A stretch of 45,972 bases of DNA from Fidelibacterota bacterium (GTDB lineage Bacteria; Fidelibacterota; UBA2242), in the NCBI GenBank assembly GCA_021161185.1, contig JAGHBC010000033.1, positions 1 to 45,972 on the forward strand, in the 5' to 3' direction. Under the pieces are notes generated by a model. That model was not told the origin of the DNA. It did no database searches and saw nothing but the letters and a program-made list of their open reading frames with translations. Below, piece by piece: positions 1-10,348 of the stretch (within the stretch, counting starts at the first letter, position 1; every line of letters starts with the position of its first letter). Position numbers and translations under genes: made by a program.

Positions 1-291
1 ATATAAATACTCTATAATTTTCACCAAAGCATCATCCGCCCGGTCACTGTCCGGATATTGGCTAAAAACGTCTTTATAAATTAACAAAGCTTTATCACCA
101 TCGGTCTCGATTAGAGCGGACAGGAATAAGACATCGGCATTATTCGGATAACTTTGAATTAATTGAGGCATAGCCTTTATTACAGAATCTGCTTGATCGC
201 ATTTCAGATACTCAAAATATCGGGTTAAATCCTGGGAAATCAGCAATAATGGAAATAATTGCAAAAAAATGATTAGAAATTTACTTTTCAT
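1..291 (-). CDS. N-terminal part of a secreted TPR-like protein (possibly SPOR-domain protein), runs off the window edge
   Basis: Manual translation from ATG at 291: MKSKFLIIFLQLFPLLLISQDLTRYFEYLK...YPDSDRADDALVKIIEYLY, open to base 1. Signal-peptide-like start, TPR-like 'YPDSDRADDAL' motif, ATGA overlap with the lapB stop. Confidence 0.7.
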   Translation of the reverse strand, partial: MKSKFLIIFLQLFPLLLISQDLTRYFEYLKCDQADSVIKAMPQLIQSYPNNADVLFLSALIETDGDKALLIYKDVFSQYPDSDRADDALVKIIEYLY

Positions 292-1433
292 AATTGATTC
301 AAGAAGGAATCTTCCGCACCGCACATCGGGCAAATCCAGAGAATATCCTGAACTTGATGACCACAATTAGAACAGCGAACATGGTCAACGGAATCGAATT
401 GATTGATACTATAATTACGACCATCTCCAACTTCTTTTTCACACTTAACGAATACAAGCAATTTACAATAAGCAATTTTAGCAATAGTTGAATTCGGATT
501 GTTTTCGATCAAATCTTCAACCAGATTAGAGGCCTTTTGTAAGTCGCCCTTACGTTCATAATAATTTGCCAGGGCCGTAATTGTACGAACATCATTCTGT
601 CTGTTTTTTAAAATATTCAAATAAAAATCTTCAATTTTACCGAAATTTCCTATGTTAAACAGTACTTTCTGAAGCGGATTAAACACTAACCAGGCTTTCT
701 CCGGTGCAGCTTCGGCGAATTTTACCCACCATTCAACGGCATCAAGCTCACGCCGGTCTTTTACATAGGATTCCGCCATGTAAAAATAGGGCGCTTCACA
801 GCCCGGATCAATTTTCATCGCTCTACGAAAAATCAATCTGGCATCATGAAAATTCCCGGCTTCATATTTTTCCAGCCCTTCCTGCACTTTATAAATTGCC
901 AGAATCCGACTATTGGACTTTTTCTGATAGCGGAGTATTTTCTCCATGAATTCCGATGCTTTAGCCCATTTTTTTAAATCGCGATATAAATGCCATATCT
1001 TTTCTAAGGCCCACATATTCCGTTTATCCACATCGAGAACATTCAAGGCTACCGAAAGAGCAATTCCCTTTTCATCCAGCTCAATATAATCATCGACAAG
1101 ATTACGCATAATCTCAAGTTTCTGAGTCTTATCAATATCCTGCCGGTACAGAAGTCCCTGATGAACCTTTACGGCGGCTTTTATTTGCCCGGTTTCACGA
1201 AGCAGATTCCCCAATTTGATATAGGCGTCGATGTGATTGGTATCTTTTTTAATAATCGCCTTTAATTCTTTGATAGCGGATTCATAATCCCTGTGTATAA
1301 TATGATCCAGCGCTTGAGTATAAAGAGAGGATTTAGGCTTGCCGGATGATTTCTTGCGACCGAATATAAGCCAGAGAAGCACAAAGCCTAAGACGATTAT
1401 TAAAATTATTAAGTAGGTTACATTGGCTGTCAT
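288..1433 (-). CDS. lapB: LapB (YciM)-like lipopolysaccharide assembly protein, TPR repeats plus rubredoxin-type metal site
   Basis: N-terminal TM helix, TPR array ('LGNLLRETGQIKAAVKVHQGL'), C-terminal CxxC...WxCPxC; directly downstream of a LapA-like gene. Confidence 0.8.
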   Translation of the reverse strand: MTANVTYLIILIIVLGFVLLWLIFGRKKSSGKPKSSLYTQALDHIIHRDYESAIKELKAIIKKDTNHIDAYIKLGNLLRETGQIKAAVKVHQGLLYRQDIDKTQKLEIMRNLVDDYIELDEKGIALSVALNVLDVDKRNMWALEKIWHLYRDLKKWAKASEFMEKILRYQKKSNSRILAIYKVQEGLEKYEAGNFHDARLIFRRAMKIDPGCEAPYFYMAESYVKDRRELDAVEWWVKFAEAAPEKAWLVFNPLQKVLFNIGNFGKIEDFYLNILKNRQNDVRTITALANYYERKGDLQKASNLVEDLIENNPNSTIAKIAYCKLLVFVKCEKEVGDGRNYSINQFDSVDHVRCSNCGHQVQDILWICPMCGAEDSFLNQL

Positions 1434-1460
1434 TTAAGTTTCCTTTTTATCTGTGGTTAT

Positions 1461-1769
1461 TTACCCAACCACCTCCACATCTTCAATATCCTTATTTCGA
1501 AGAAGGTCAACTTCCTTTTTCAATTTCTTATATTCAGAATTTAAAGCACGAACCTTGTTTTTTTGCTCCAAAACTTGAATACCGGCTAATAAATAACCTA
1601 TCAGAAATCCTATGACCACCGAAATCAGTAATACAACGATCATCTCCGTAGAAAATGAATAGGCGTCACTGATAAACTTTAAGGTGACTTGTTGACCGAC
1701 ATTTTGGATTACAAATATTAAGAGAATAAGAATAACGAGAATAATTACCAACAGTTTTAAGTATTTCAT
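1461..1769 (-). CDS. lapA: LapA family small membrane protein
   Basis: Two TM helices with 'FVIQN' motif and C-terminal coiled coil; adjacent to lapB. Confidence 0.8.
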   Translation of the reverse strand: MKYLKLLVIILVILILLIFVIQNVGQQVTLKFISDAYSFSTEMIVVLLISVVIGFLIGYLLAGIQVLEQKNKVRALNSEYKKLKKEVDLLRNKDIEDVEVVG

Positions 1770-1784
1770 AATCTCTCCCTCAAA

Positions 1785-3083
1785 TTAATCTATTTTACCA
1801 AATAAACTCACACCTGCCGCATCATAAATCAACACTTTAACCATTTCACCTATACGAGCGCTGCCTGTTTTTAATATCACCAGTTTATTGGTATCGGTCC
1901 TGCCGATTTTTTCACCACTACTCTTTTTACTAAGACCGTCTATTAATACGGTTTGAACCGTCCCGACCAGAGCCCGATTTTTAGCCAACAAATGTATTTT
2001 TTGTTTCTCAATAATCCTATTTAGACGCTCAGCTTTCACATTTTCCGGAACATCATCAGGAAGTTTGGCAGCAGCGGTGCCGGGGCGCGGTGAATACTTG
2101 AACATATAAGCATTGTCAAAAACAACTCTATCCATCACATCTAACGTTTCTTCAAAATCTTCATCTGTTTCACCCGGAAATCCGACAATGATGTCCGTTG
2201 TAATCCCGCAATCCGGCATATATTCCCGAATTTTATCAACAACATCAAGATATTTTTCCTTAGAGTAAGTTCGGTTCATCAGTTTTAATATCTTCGTGGC
2301 TCCGGCTTGCAGGGGCAGATGAATGCTTTTACAAATATTTTCGTGTTCGCGCATAACCTTAAGCATCGCCTCGTCCACATCTTGTGGATGAGGAGAAGTA
2401 AACCTGATTCTCTTAACCCCGGGAATCAAAGCAACGGCTTTTAATAAATCCGGAAAACGATCTTCCTGATGTTTATAAGAATTAACATTTTGTCCCAGGA
2501 GAGTTATTTCCTGATAACCGTCTTGAATCGCTTTTTTTACTTCAGTGACAATACTTTCAACCGCACGACTTCTTTCCCTACCTCTTGTAAAGGGTACAAT
2601 ACAGAAAGAGCAGAACTTATTACACCCCCGCATAATTGAGACCCAGGCATTCACCTGTGTGTTCCTGAAGGGCATTAATCCTTCATAAACTTCCTGTTTC
2701 GAAAGATGAACATCAATATAGGGTTTGTCATTATGTCTAATGAGTTCGGGAATCCGGCGATATGAGTCAGGCCCAAGAACCAAATCAATAAAGGGTTTTT
2801 GTTTTAATATCTTTCCCCTGTCCCGCTGAGCAACACATCCAACCAGCCCAAGAGTTAGACCGGGATTTTGTTTTTTTAGATATTTATATTGGGATAAACG
2901 AGCGATTGCCCGGCGGTCGGCTCCTTCACGTACACTGCAGGTGTTGACCAGGATAATATCGGCTTCTTCCGGCGCACGGGTTGCCTTATAATTGCAACCC
3001 TCCAGCAAACCGGCAATGATTTCCGAATCTGCTTCGTTCATTTGGCAACCATAAGTTTCGATGTAATATTTTTTAAAGTTCAT
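1785..3083 (-). CDS. miaB: tRNA-2-methylthio-N6-dimethylallyladenosine synthase MiaB
   Basis: 'TYGCQMNEADSE', 'NTCSVRE', radical SAM CNKFCSFC, C-terminal TRAM domain. Confidence 0.95.
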   Translation of the reverse strand: MNFKKYYIETYGCQMNEADSEIIAGLLEGCNYKATRAPEEADIILVNTCSVREGADRRAIARLSQYKYLKKQNPGLTLGLVGCVAQRDRGKILKQKPFIDLVLGPDSYRRIPELIRHNDKPYIDVHLSKQEVYEGLMPFRNTQVNAWVSIMRGCNKFCSFCIVPFTRGRERSRAVESIVTEVKKAIQDGYQEITLLGQNVNSYKHQEDRFPDLLKAVALIPGVKRIRFTSPHPQDVDEAMLKVMREHENICKSIHLPLQAGATKILKLMNRTYSKEKYLDVVDKIREYMPDCGITTDIIVGFPGETDEDFEETLDVMDRVVFDNAYMFKYSPRPGTAAAKLPDDVPENVKAERLNRIIEKQKIHLLAKNRALVGTVQTVLIDGLSKKSSGEKIGRTDTNKLVILKTGSARIGEMVKVLIYDAAGVSLFGKID

Positions 3084-3189
3084 ACATTTTGAAAATTACG
3101 CAAATATAGCCTATAATTAAAGCTGAAATAAACAAAATAAATTTGTAGCCGTTTCACGACTTGAAATTGGAAAGTAGAAATTTGGGAGA

Positions 3190-3232
3190 CCTGTCTGCGT
3201 GCCTGCCTGAGCGAGTACGCTCGCAAACAGGC
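3190..3232. repeat. GC-rich REP-like palindromic element
   Basis: GCCTG...GCGAG-TACG-CTCGC...CAGGC nested hairpin in otherwise AT-rich DNA. Confidence 0.55.
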
Positions 3233-3236
3233 GGGG

Positions 3237-3500
3237 ATGAACGAGTTTACAAGTTGAATGTTTATGCCGATCCGAAGGCCCCCGCTTCCGGGACGGCATA
3301 CCTTTGGCACAAACCGGCAGAAGCGTTTTCAGATATGACTTGACACGACTGAAGAAAACAAATTACGGTTGCGAAAACTCATCAGCAGAAAAGTTTTGTC
3401 TGAGTCAAACGCGGCAGAATACAAAGCAATAGTTGAGAAACTCGGCCCAAAATTGAATGCATTCATCAACACTACAAAAACAAGAAGGCCAAATTTCTAA
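3237..3500 (+). pseudogene. Degraded four-helix-bundle (23S rRNA IVS protein-like) gene
   Basis: Fragments RVYKLNVY|KPAEAFSDMT*HD and EENKLRLRKLISRKVLSESNAAEYKAIVEKLGPKLNAFINTTK* resemble the N- and C-termini of the family (recognised from memory). In-frame TGA at 3341-3343, central part missing, 45-bp insert at 3266-3310. Confidence 0.7.
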
Positions 3501-3554
3501 TTTCTATTTTTAACGTTCCGTAAACGCTTACATAAATATTTTATAGCTGATTTC

Positions 3555-4475
3555 TTAATGGATATAACCGGTAAAAAAGTAATCCAGCGGATTTTTATTG
3601 ATATTAAATTGCCGTATCTCGTAGTGTAAATGCGATGCCGTACTTCGCCCGGTACAACCCACTTCGGCAATTTTTTGACCACGTTTAACAACATCACCGG
3701 GTTTCACAATCATTTTCGAAAGGTGTGCGTAAAATGTTGTATATCCATATCCATGATCAATTTTTATTATTTTTCCATATGTCCTACTGGAATTGGTACT
3801 GCGCACTACTCCGTCCGCGGTAGCATAGACCGGTGTACCGGTAGGGGCAGAAATATCAATTCCATAATGAAATCGGCGCATGCCGGAAAACGGATCTTTT
3901 CGATATCCATAGCCATCGGAAATAAATCCGGTATTAAGCGGTCTTATGGATGGTGTGGATTTGATTTGTGGTGACCGATGCTTTATAGCGTTGTAAATTT
4001 CTTCATAACTGATCCGTTCCAGCTTTATCTCACGGGTTAGGCGATCTAAATCATTTACAAGAGATGAGACGTCTATATCGTCATCGATCAACAATTTATC
4101 AATTTCGTCATCTTGAATATTGTACTTGCCACCAATACCCAACTTTCGGATATCCTTATCAATAACGGGTATATCGGCATAAGTTCGCAGTGCCTGATCT
4201 TTTTCAGCCAGTACTTTAATATCCGATTCCATTTGCTGGATTCTGTTCTTCAAATCGTAGATAGTACCCACCAATTTACTGTTATTTTTTCTCAGGCGGA
4301 CGACTTTCGAGTGATATATGATATCCGAGAAGAGGTGGATTCCAATTATTACAATAATACCCAGAAGAATAGCCGTAAGAGTTCCGAACCCGACAATCTG
4401 CCGACGGCTTAGGCTAAACAATTTGGGTGATCTTTTAGTGTTCCATATAAGAACAATTCGGGATTGTCTCTTCAT
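3555..4475 (-). CDS. M23 family peptidoglycan endopeptidase with N-terminal TM helix and coiled coil
   Basis: HYGID (HxxxD), YAHL and HLHYE (HxH) motifs. Confidence 0.9.
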   Translation of the reverse strand: MKRQSRIVLIWNTKRSPKLFSLSRRQIVGFGTLTAILLGIIVIIGIHLFSDIIYHSKVVRLRKNNSKLVGTIYDLKNRIQQMESDIKVLAEKDQALRTYADIPVIDKDIRKLGIGGKYNIQDDEIDKLLIDDDIDVSSLVNDLDRLTREIKLERISYEEIYNAIKHRSPQIKSTPSIRPLNTGFISDGYGYRKDPFSGMRRFHYGIDISAPTGTPVYATADGVVRSTNSSRTYGKIIKIDHGYGYTTFYAHLSKMIVKPGDVVKRGQKIAEVGCTGRSTASHLHYEIRQFNINKNPLDYFFTGYIH

Positions 4476-4570
4476 TCTCTGTCTGTTATATTTGAACTCT
4501 TGACCCTAGTATTTCCATATATACTCTGTTGCATTTTAGTAATAAGTTGTCAATTTGTCAATGATTTTTT

Positions 4571-5440
4571 TTAACCGAGATAACCCTTTAAATATAATGC
4601 TCTTGAAGAATGCCGTAGCTTCCGCAGGGCTTTTTCCTTTATCTGGCGAACCCTTTCCCGTGTTAAGTGCATCTGATTTCCGATTTCTTCTAATGTTAGC
4701 GGAAGTTCATGACCAATCCCAAAATAGAGGCGAATAATCATGGCTTCTCTTTTATCCAGACTTCTTAGCACTCTTTCAATCTCAAAGTGAAAGGATTCCT
4801 GTTTTAATGGCTCATCTGGATTATTATCATCCAGCCCGGATAAGATATCCTGAAGAGTGCCATTCCCATCATTACCAATGGGTGCATCTATACTTATAGT
4901 TCCTTCATTTAGCTGTCTTGTAATATCCATATCTATATTCTCTTTTTCCAGAATTTCCTCAATCTCCTGTGAAGTTGGTTCGCGTTCATATTCCTGTTCA
5001 AATTCCAATGTGATTTTGGATATTTTATTAAGACTTCCAACAACATTAAGTGGCAATCGAACTAATCGAGAATATTCAGAAATTGACTGTAATATTGTTT
5101 GACGAATCCACCATACTGCATAGGAAATAAATTTAAAGCCCCGGGTTTCATCAAATCTTTGGGCAGCTTTAATTAGCCCAATATTACCTTCGTTAATCAA
5201 ATCTTCGAGTGATAAACCATGGTTTTGATATTTTTTTGCAACAGAAACAACAAAACGTAAATTAGCACGAAGTAATTTATCAAGAGCCTGAGAATCCCCT
5301 TGCCTTACCAGTGCAGCCAGTTCGATTTCTTCTCCCGGCGATAAGGGCTCCTCATGACTGATTTCTTCAAAATATAGCCGAAGTATATGACTATATGATC
5401 GTGGAATGTTTTTATGCGATCTGCTCTTATCCATAATCAT
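4571..5440 (-). CDS. RNA polymerase sigma70 factor, RpoD/SigA-like, lacking region 1.1
   Basis: 'ANLRFVVSVAKKY', 'DLINEGNIGL', 'GFKFISYAVWWIRQ', 'TLEEIG...TRERVRQI'. Confidence 0.92.
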   Translation of the reverse strand: MIMDKSRSHKNIPRSYSHILRLYFEEISHEEPLSPGEEIELAALVRQGDSQALDKLLRANLRFVVSVAKKYQNHGLSLEDLINEGNIGLIKAAQRFDETRGFKFISYAVWWIRQTILQSISEYSRLVRLPLNVVGSLNKISKITLEFEQEYEREPTSQEIEEILEKENIDMDITRQLNEGTISIDAPIGNDGNGTLQDILSGLDDNNPDEPLKQESFHFEIERVLRSLDKREAMIIRLYFGIGHELPLTLEEIGNQMHLTRERVRQIKEKALRKLRHSSRALYLKGYLG

Positions 5441-5460
5441 TGCCTATTTTTAGATAAAAG

Positions 5461-5835
5461 CTATCCCTTTTCGCCTTCTTCAGGCTGATCATTTTTAATG
5501 TGGCTGGTTTCCTGAATGCTCTTATACTGTTTCTCTTTTTCTTTCAGCTTTCTCTCAAGATCTCTAATAGTGGAAAGACATGCTTTGATATTCTCGTTTT
5601 TTTCAAATTCTTTGGCGTTTTTTTCATTTATTAATTTATAGATTGTACCACCAAGTTCGGTAAATTGTTTTTCAATATCTCTTTTAATCTGAAAGATATC
5701 CAATTTTACTTTACCCAATTTTGTAACCTCTTCGGCTTTATCGGCGGCTTCACGAGTAAATTCTCCGGCTTTGTCAGCCGCCTTGTTTGCCCATTCTCCC
5801 AAACTTTTTTTTATATCACCCCATAAATTGCCCAT
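5461..5835 (-). CDS. Hypothetical amphipathic-helix/coiled-coil protein
   Basis: GGGAGG RBS; 11-mer repeat AADKAGEFTRE/AADKAEEVTKL followed by coiled coil. Confidence 0.8.
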   Translation of the reverse strand: MGNLWGDIKKSLGEWANKAADKAGEFTREAADKAEEVTKLGKVKLDIFQIKRDIEKQFTELGGTIYKLINEKNAKEFEKNENIKACLSTIRDLERKLKEKEKQYKSIQETSHIKNDQPEEGEKG

Positions 5836-5861
5836 TTTGCCTCCCTTTTAATTAACGTTGC

Positions 5862-5890
5862 AATATATCTTTAAAGTCAATCAGAATCAA
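5862..5890 (-). promoter_or_regulatory. Putative sigma70 promoter for the hypothetical-sigma pair
   Basis: TTGATT-N17-TATATT on the minus strand. Confidence 0.4.
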
Positions 5891-5926
5891 GTATTTCATC
5901 AATAAATATAACCGGTTTTTAAAAAT

Positions 5927-5964
5927 AAAAAAATGGGCTACTCCGATAAGGAATAGCCCATTTT
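5927..5964 (-). terminator. Rho-independent terminator of groESL
   Basis: Minus-strand hairpin ATGGGCTATTCC-TTATC-GGAGTAGCCCAT followed by a T run, just after the groEL stop. Confidence 0.85.
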
Positions 5965-5979
5965 AACATGTTATGTCAA

Positions 5980-7918
<1,939 letters not shown>

Positions 7919-7941
7919 ATCTCAATCTCCTTTCAAGTTTT

Positions 7942-7968
7942 TTAGCAGTCTATTGCTTAAACTGCCAA
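7942..7968 (-). promoter_or_regulatory. CIRCE-like HrcA operator
   Basis: TTGGCAGTT-N9-GACTGCTAA versus consensus TTAGCACTC-N9-GAGTGCTAA, just upstream of the groES RBS. Confidence 0.75.
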
Positions 7969-7997
7969 AGTTACTCTTATTCTTACTCTAATGTCAA
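7968..7997 (-). promoter_or_regulatory. sigma70-type groES promoter
   Basis: TTGACA-N18-TAACTT abutting the CIRCE. Confidence 0.55.
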
Positions 7998-8047
7998 TAA
8001 TGTTTCGACGTTCTCAATTAATATTAATAAAAAAGCAATTCGGATGT

Positions 8048-8063
8048 TACAAAGGACGTGCCA
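8048..8063 (-). promoter_or_regulatory. sigma54-like (-24/-12) promoter motif upstream of groES
   Basis: TGGCACG-TCCT-TTGTA versus consensus TGGCACG-N4-TTGCW. Confidence 0.55.
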
Positions 8064-8160
8064 TTCAACATAACCGACCTATAGTCATACGACGTTTATG
8101 ATATCATCTGACATTATGACACATTGACAACCTGAACTGGCTGCATATTCAACAAATTAT

Positions 8161-8841
8161 TTATACCGGCGCTGTAACGGTTACACCGATGACGCTATCT
8201 ACTCCGGCGAATTTTAAAACACCTGCCGCCGAATTCAAGGTTGCCCCGGTTGTAAACACATCATCAACTAGTATGGCGTTTTCAATTTGAGAAAAATTAA
8301 CTCCAGCCATCAATTTAAAAGCATTTTTCATATTTTGATGTCTTTCTAGGGCTGATAGATGTGTTTGAGTAATTGTATTTTTTGTTCTTTTTAACATATT
8401 ATTTTTTATGTTCAGATCGAGTATATTTCCGAGTCCCTTTGCAATAAAATAGGATTGATTATACCCTCGTTCCCGATATTTTATCGGATGTAGCGGGACC
8501 GGTACGAGGATAGTATTCGGCTCAATTTTTATTTTACTTTTGACCCGGCTCGCTATCAATTCGCCCAGCACTACTCCCAGCGACCTGAAGCCCTGATACT
8601 TTAAGGCGTGAATTATCCCCTGAACACGTTCATCATAAACATACACCGGGATAATAGCATTTAAATTTTCAGGGACTTCTTTATTCAAAATCATTTCATC
8701 AGACAGATATTGTAATTGTTGGCGACATGAATTACATACTAAGGTTTGATTTTGGGTAATTCGACTTTGACAGCCTACACAAATCGGCGGAAAGAACAGT
8801 GTAGACACCCCACAGATTAGCCGGTCAACAATTGATTTCAA
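8161..8841 (-). CDS. comF: ComF family double-zinc-ribbon phosphoribosyltransferase-like protein
   Basis: CxxC...CxxC, 'PVPLH', 'ERGYNQS', 'LVDDVFTTGAT'. Confidence 0.9.
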   Translation of the reverse strand: MKSIVDRLICGVSTLFFPPICVGCQSRITQNQTLVCNSCRQQLQYLSDEMILNKEVPENLNAIIPVYVYDERVQGIIHALKYQGFRSLGVVLGELIASRVKSKIKIEPNTILVPVPLHPIKYRERGYNQSYFIAKGLGNILDLNIKNNMLKRTKNTITQTHLSALERHQNMKNAFKLMAGVNFSQIENAILVDDVFTTGATLNSAAGVLKFAGVDSVIGVTVTAPV

Positions 8842-8966
8842 CTATTTTACCTCAATCGACACAGATTCGCGGCGAAGTATCCAATTTTAGTATTCGGGCG
8901 CCCGACCTTTTAAACTATTTTTTTTCGCAGACAATGAAACGTCTGCAATTTATCGCGACATTTTTA

Positions 8967-10346
8967 TCAGTACCCGTACTGGTTCGCCGATGATGATGTC
9001 GGAGAAATCCAACGCTGCCACTGATAATCCTGCAACTCATTACGAGCAGTTGAATGTACTAATTCCATCATTCCAAAACCGGTTTTATCGACAAAAACGA
9101 ATTCCACGCCACCTTCGATTTCAAAATAGCGCCAGATTTGGTAGGGTTTTGCTTCAATGGAGCTGGGAAAACGTTCAATTTCCGACGGCGGACCATAAAT
9201 TAAAAATATTCGGCCCATATCTGTTTTATAACCGGACTGACGCGGAGTTGCAAATTGCTGTTCTACGTACTGAAGTCGCTGATTGAAATCCACCTGGGCC
9301 TCGTTAACAAGGGTTGTAGGGTCGGGATCCCGATGATTCCAGAACTGCGTGATAATGGCACGTTTCCCTTCGACATCGGATTTTTTGAATCTTCTGATTT
9401 CTTTATCTCCGGCAATATATTTCATCGGAGCAAACATCTCATTCAACTGTTTTTCAGTTAAATCAGACAGGTTTACTTCTTTTACGGCTTCTTTGTACAA
9501 TTCCTCCTGATCATTTTTTAAAATATAGAAACGCTTCCGGGCATCGGCTTGCTGACCTGTTTCTTCATCGACCACAGTGATTTTAAAATTATATAATCCG
9601 GAATTCATATCGCTGATATTTATACTGTTTATCTCTACAGCCGATTTCCCCGGTTTTTTCTTGTATATCCAATCCAACGCACTGATCTCGTTATCGTTCA
9701 AATCTGTAATCGTATATTTGACTTTGTATTTCCCGTCTTTAGAATCATCGTGAGATAAATTATATGCTTCGCAAAATCCATAGATCACGGGATTCTGTTC
9801 ACCATAAATATTACTGGCATTAGGAATGATGTCATATCCAAAATATTTACTGAATTTGTTTTGAGTATCTGTTCTGGAGACCCGTGAGCTCAATTGAATG
9901 TCACTTAATTGAAGATCGGAATCAGAATATTTTATCAGGTCAACATCTTTCTCTACACGATAGGTTTTCCTGCTCGTCAAATCCATGACTATAGCGATGA
10001 TTTTATATTGCCCGACCGGAACAGAAAAAGTCACAATATCCGGTATTTTTTGAGCGTCGGTAATATCCGTCAGTTTATTTACTTTATCAACGAAACTCCA
10101 CTCTTGCATATCCCTGACGGTGTCACCTTCGGTAAATGCGACCCGGATAAAAGCATTGGATTGATAGCCATTTTCAAAAGCGGCAAACTCAAATAGATTT
10201 CGGGGAATCATTAAATATATTTCAACAATATCATCATTTTCAGAACCTCGAAAAACGGCAAAATCCATATCAAAATCGGCCGAAAACAGGGGTACAACCA
10301 ATAAGGTAACAAAGGCCAAAGTGATTAAATAATGTGACGTTTTCAT
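8967..10346 (-). CDS. Secreted GWxTD domain-containing protein
   Basis: Signal peptide; 'FWNHRDPDPTT', 'GYKTDMGRIFLIYGPP', 'PYQIWRY', 'FVFVD'. Confidence 0.85.
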   Translation of the reverse strand: MKTSHYLITLAFVTLLVVPLFSADFDMDFAVFRGSENDDIVEIYLMIPRNLFEFAAFENGYQSNAFIRVAFTEGDTVRDMQEWSFVDKVNKLTDITDAQKIPDIVTFSVPVGQYKIIAIVMDLTSRKTYRVEKDVDLIKYSDSDLQLSDIQLSSRVSRTDTQNKFSKYFGYDIIPNASNIYGEQNPVIYGFCEAYNLSHDDSKDGKYKVKYTITDLNDNEISALDWIYKKKPGKSAVEINSINISDMNSGLYNFKITVVDEETGQQADARKRFYILKNDQEELYKEAVKEVNLSDLTEKQLNEMFAPMKYIAGDKEIRRFKKSDVEGKRAIITQFWNHRDPDPTTLVNEAQVDFNQRLQYVEQQFATPRQSGYKTDMGRIFLIYGPPSEIERFPSSIEAKPYQIWRYFEIEGGVEFVFVDKTGFGMMELVHSTARNELQDYQWQRWISPTSSSANQYGY

Positions 10347-10348
10347 GA

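Noticed and set aside
405-460. Odd-looking LapB segment VFVKCEKEVGDGRNYS before the rubredoxin motif
   Set aside because: The frame stays open and the alternative frames look no better, so I cannot support a frameshift or insertion without an alignment
3080-3343. Short ORFs of 60-76 aa on both strands upstream of miaB
   Set aside because: They read through palindromic inserts and pseudogene debris; no coherent protein
8927-8947. Hairpin GCAGAC-N8-GTCTGC after the GWxTD gene
   Set aside because: The T run is on the wrong side for a minus-strand intrinsic terminator
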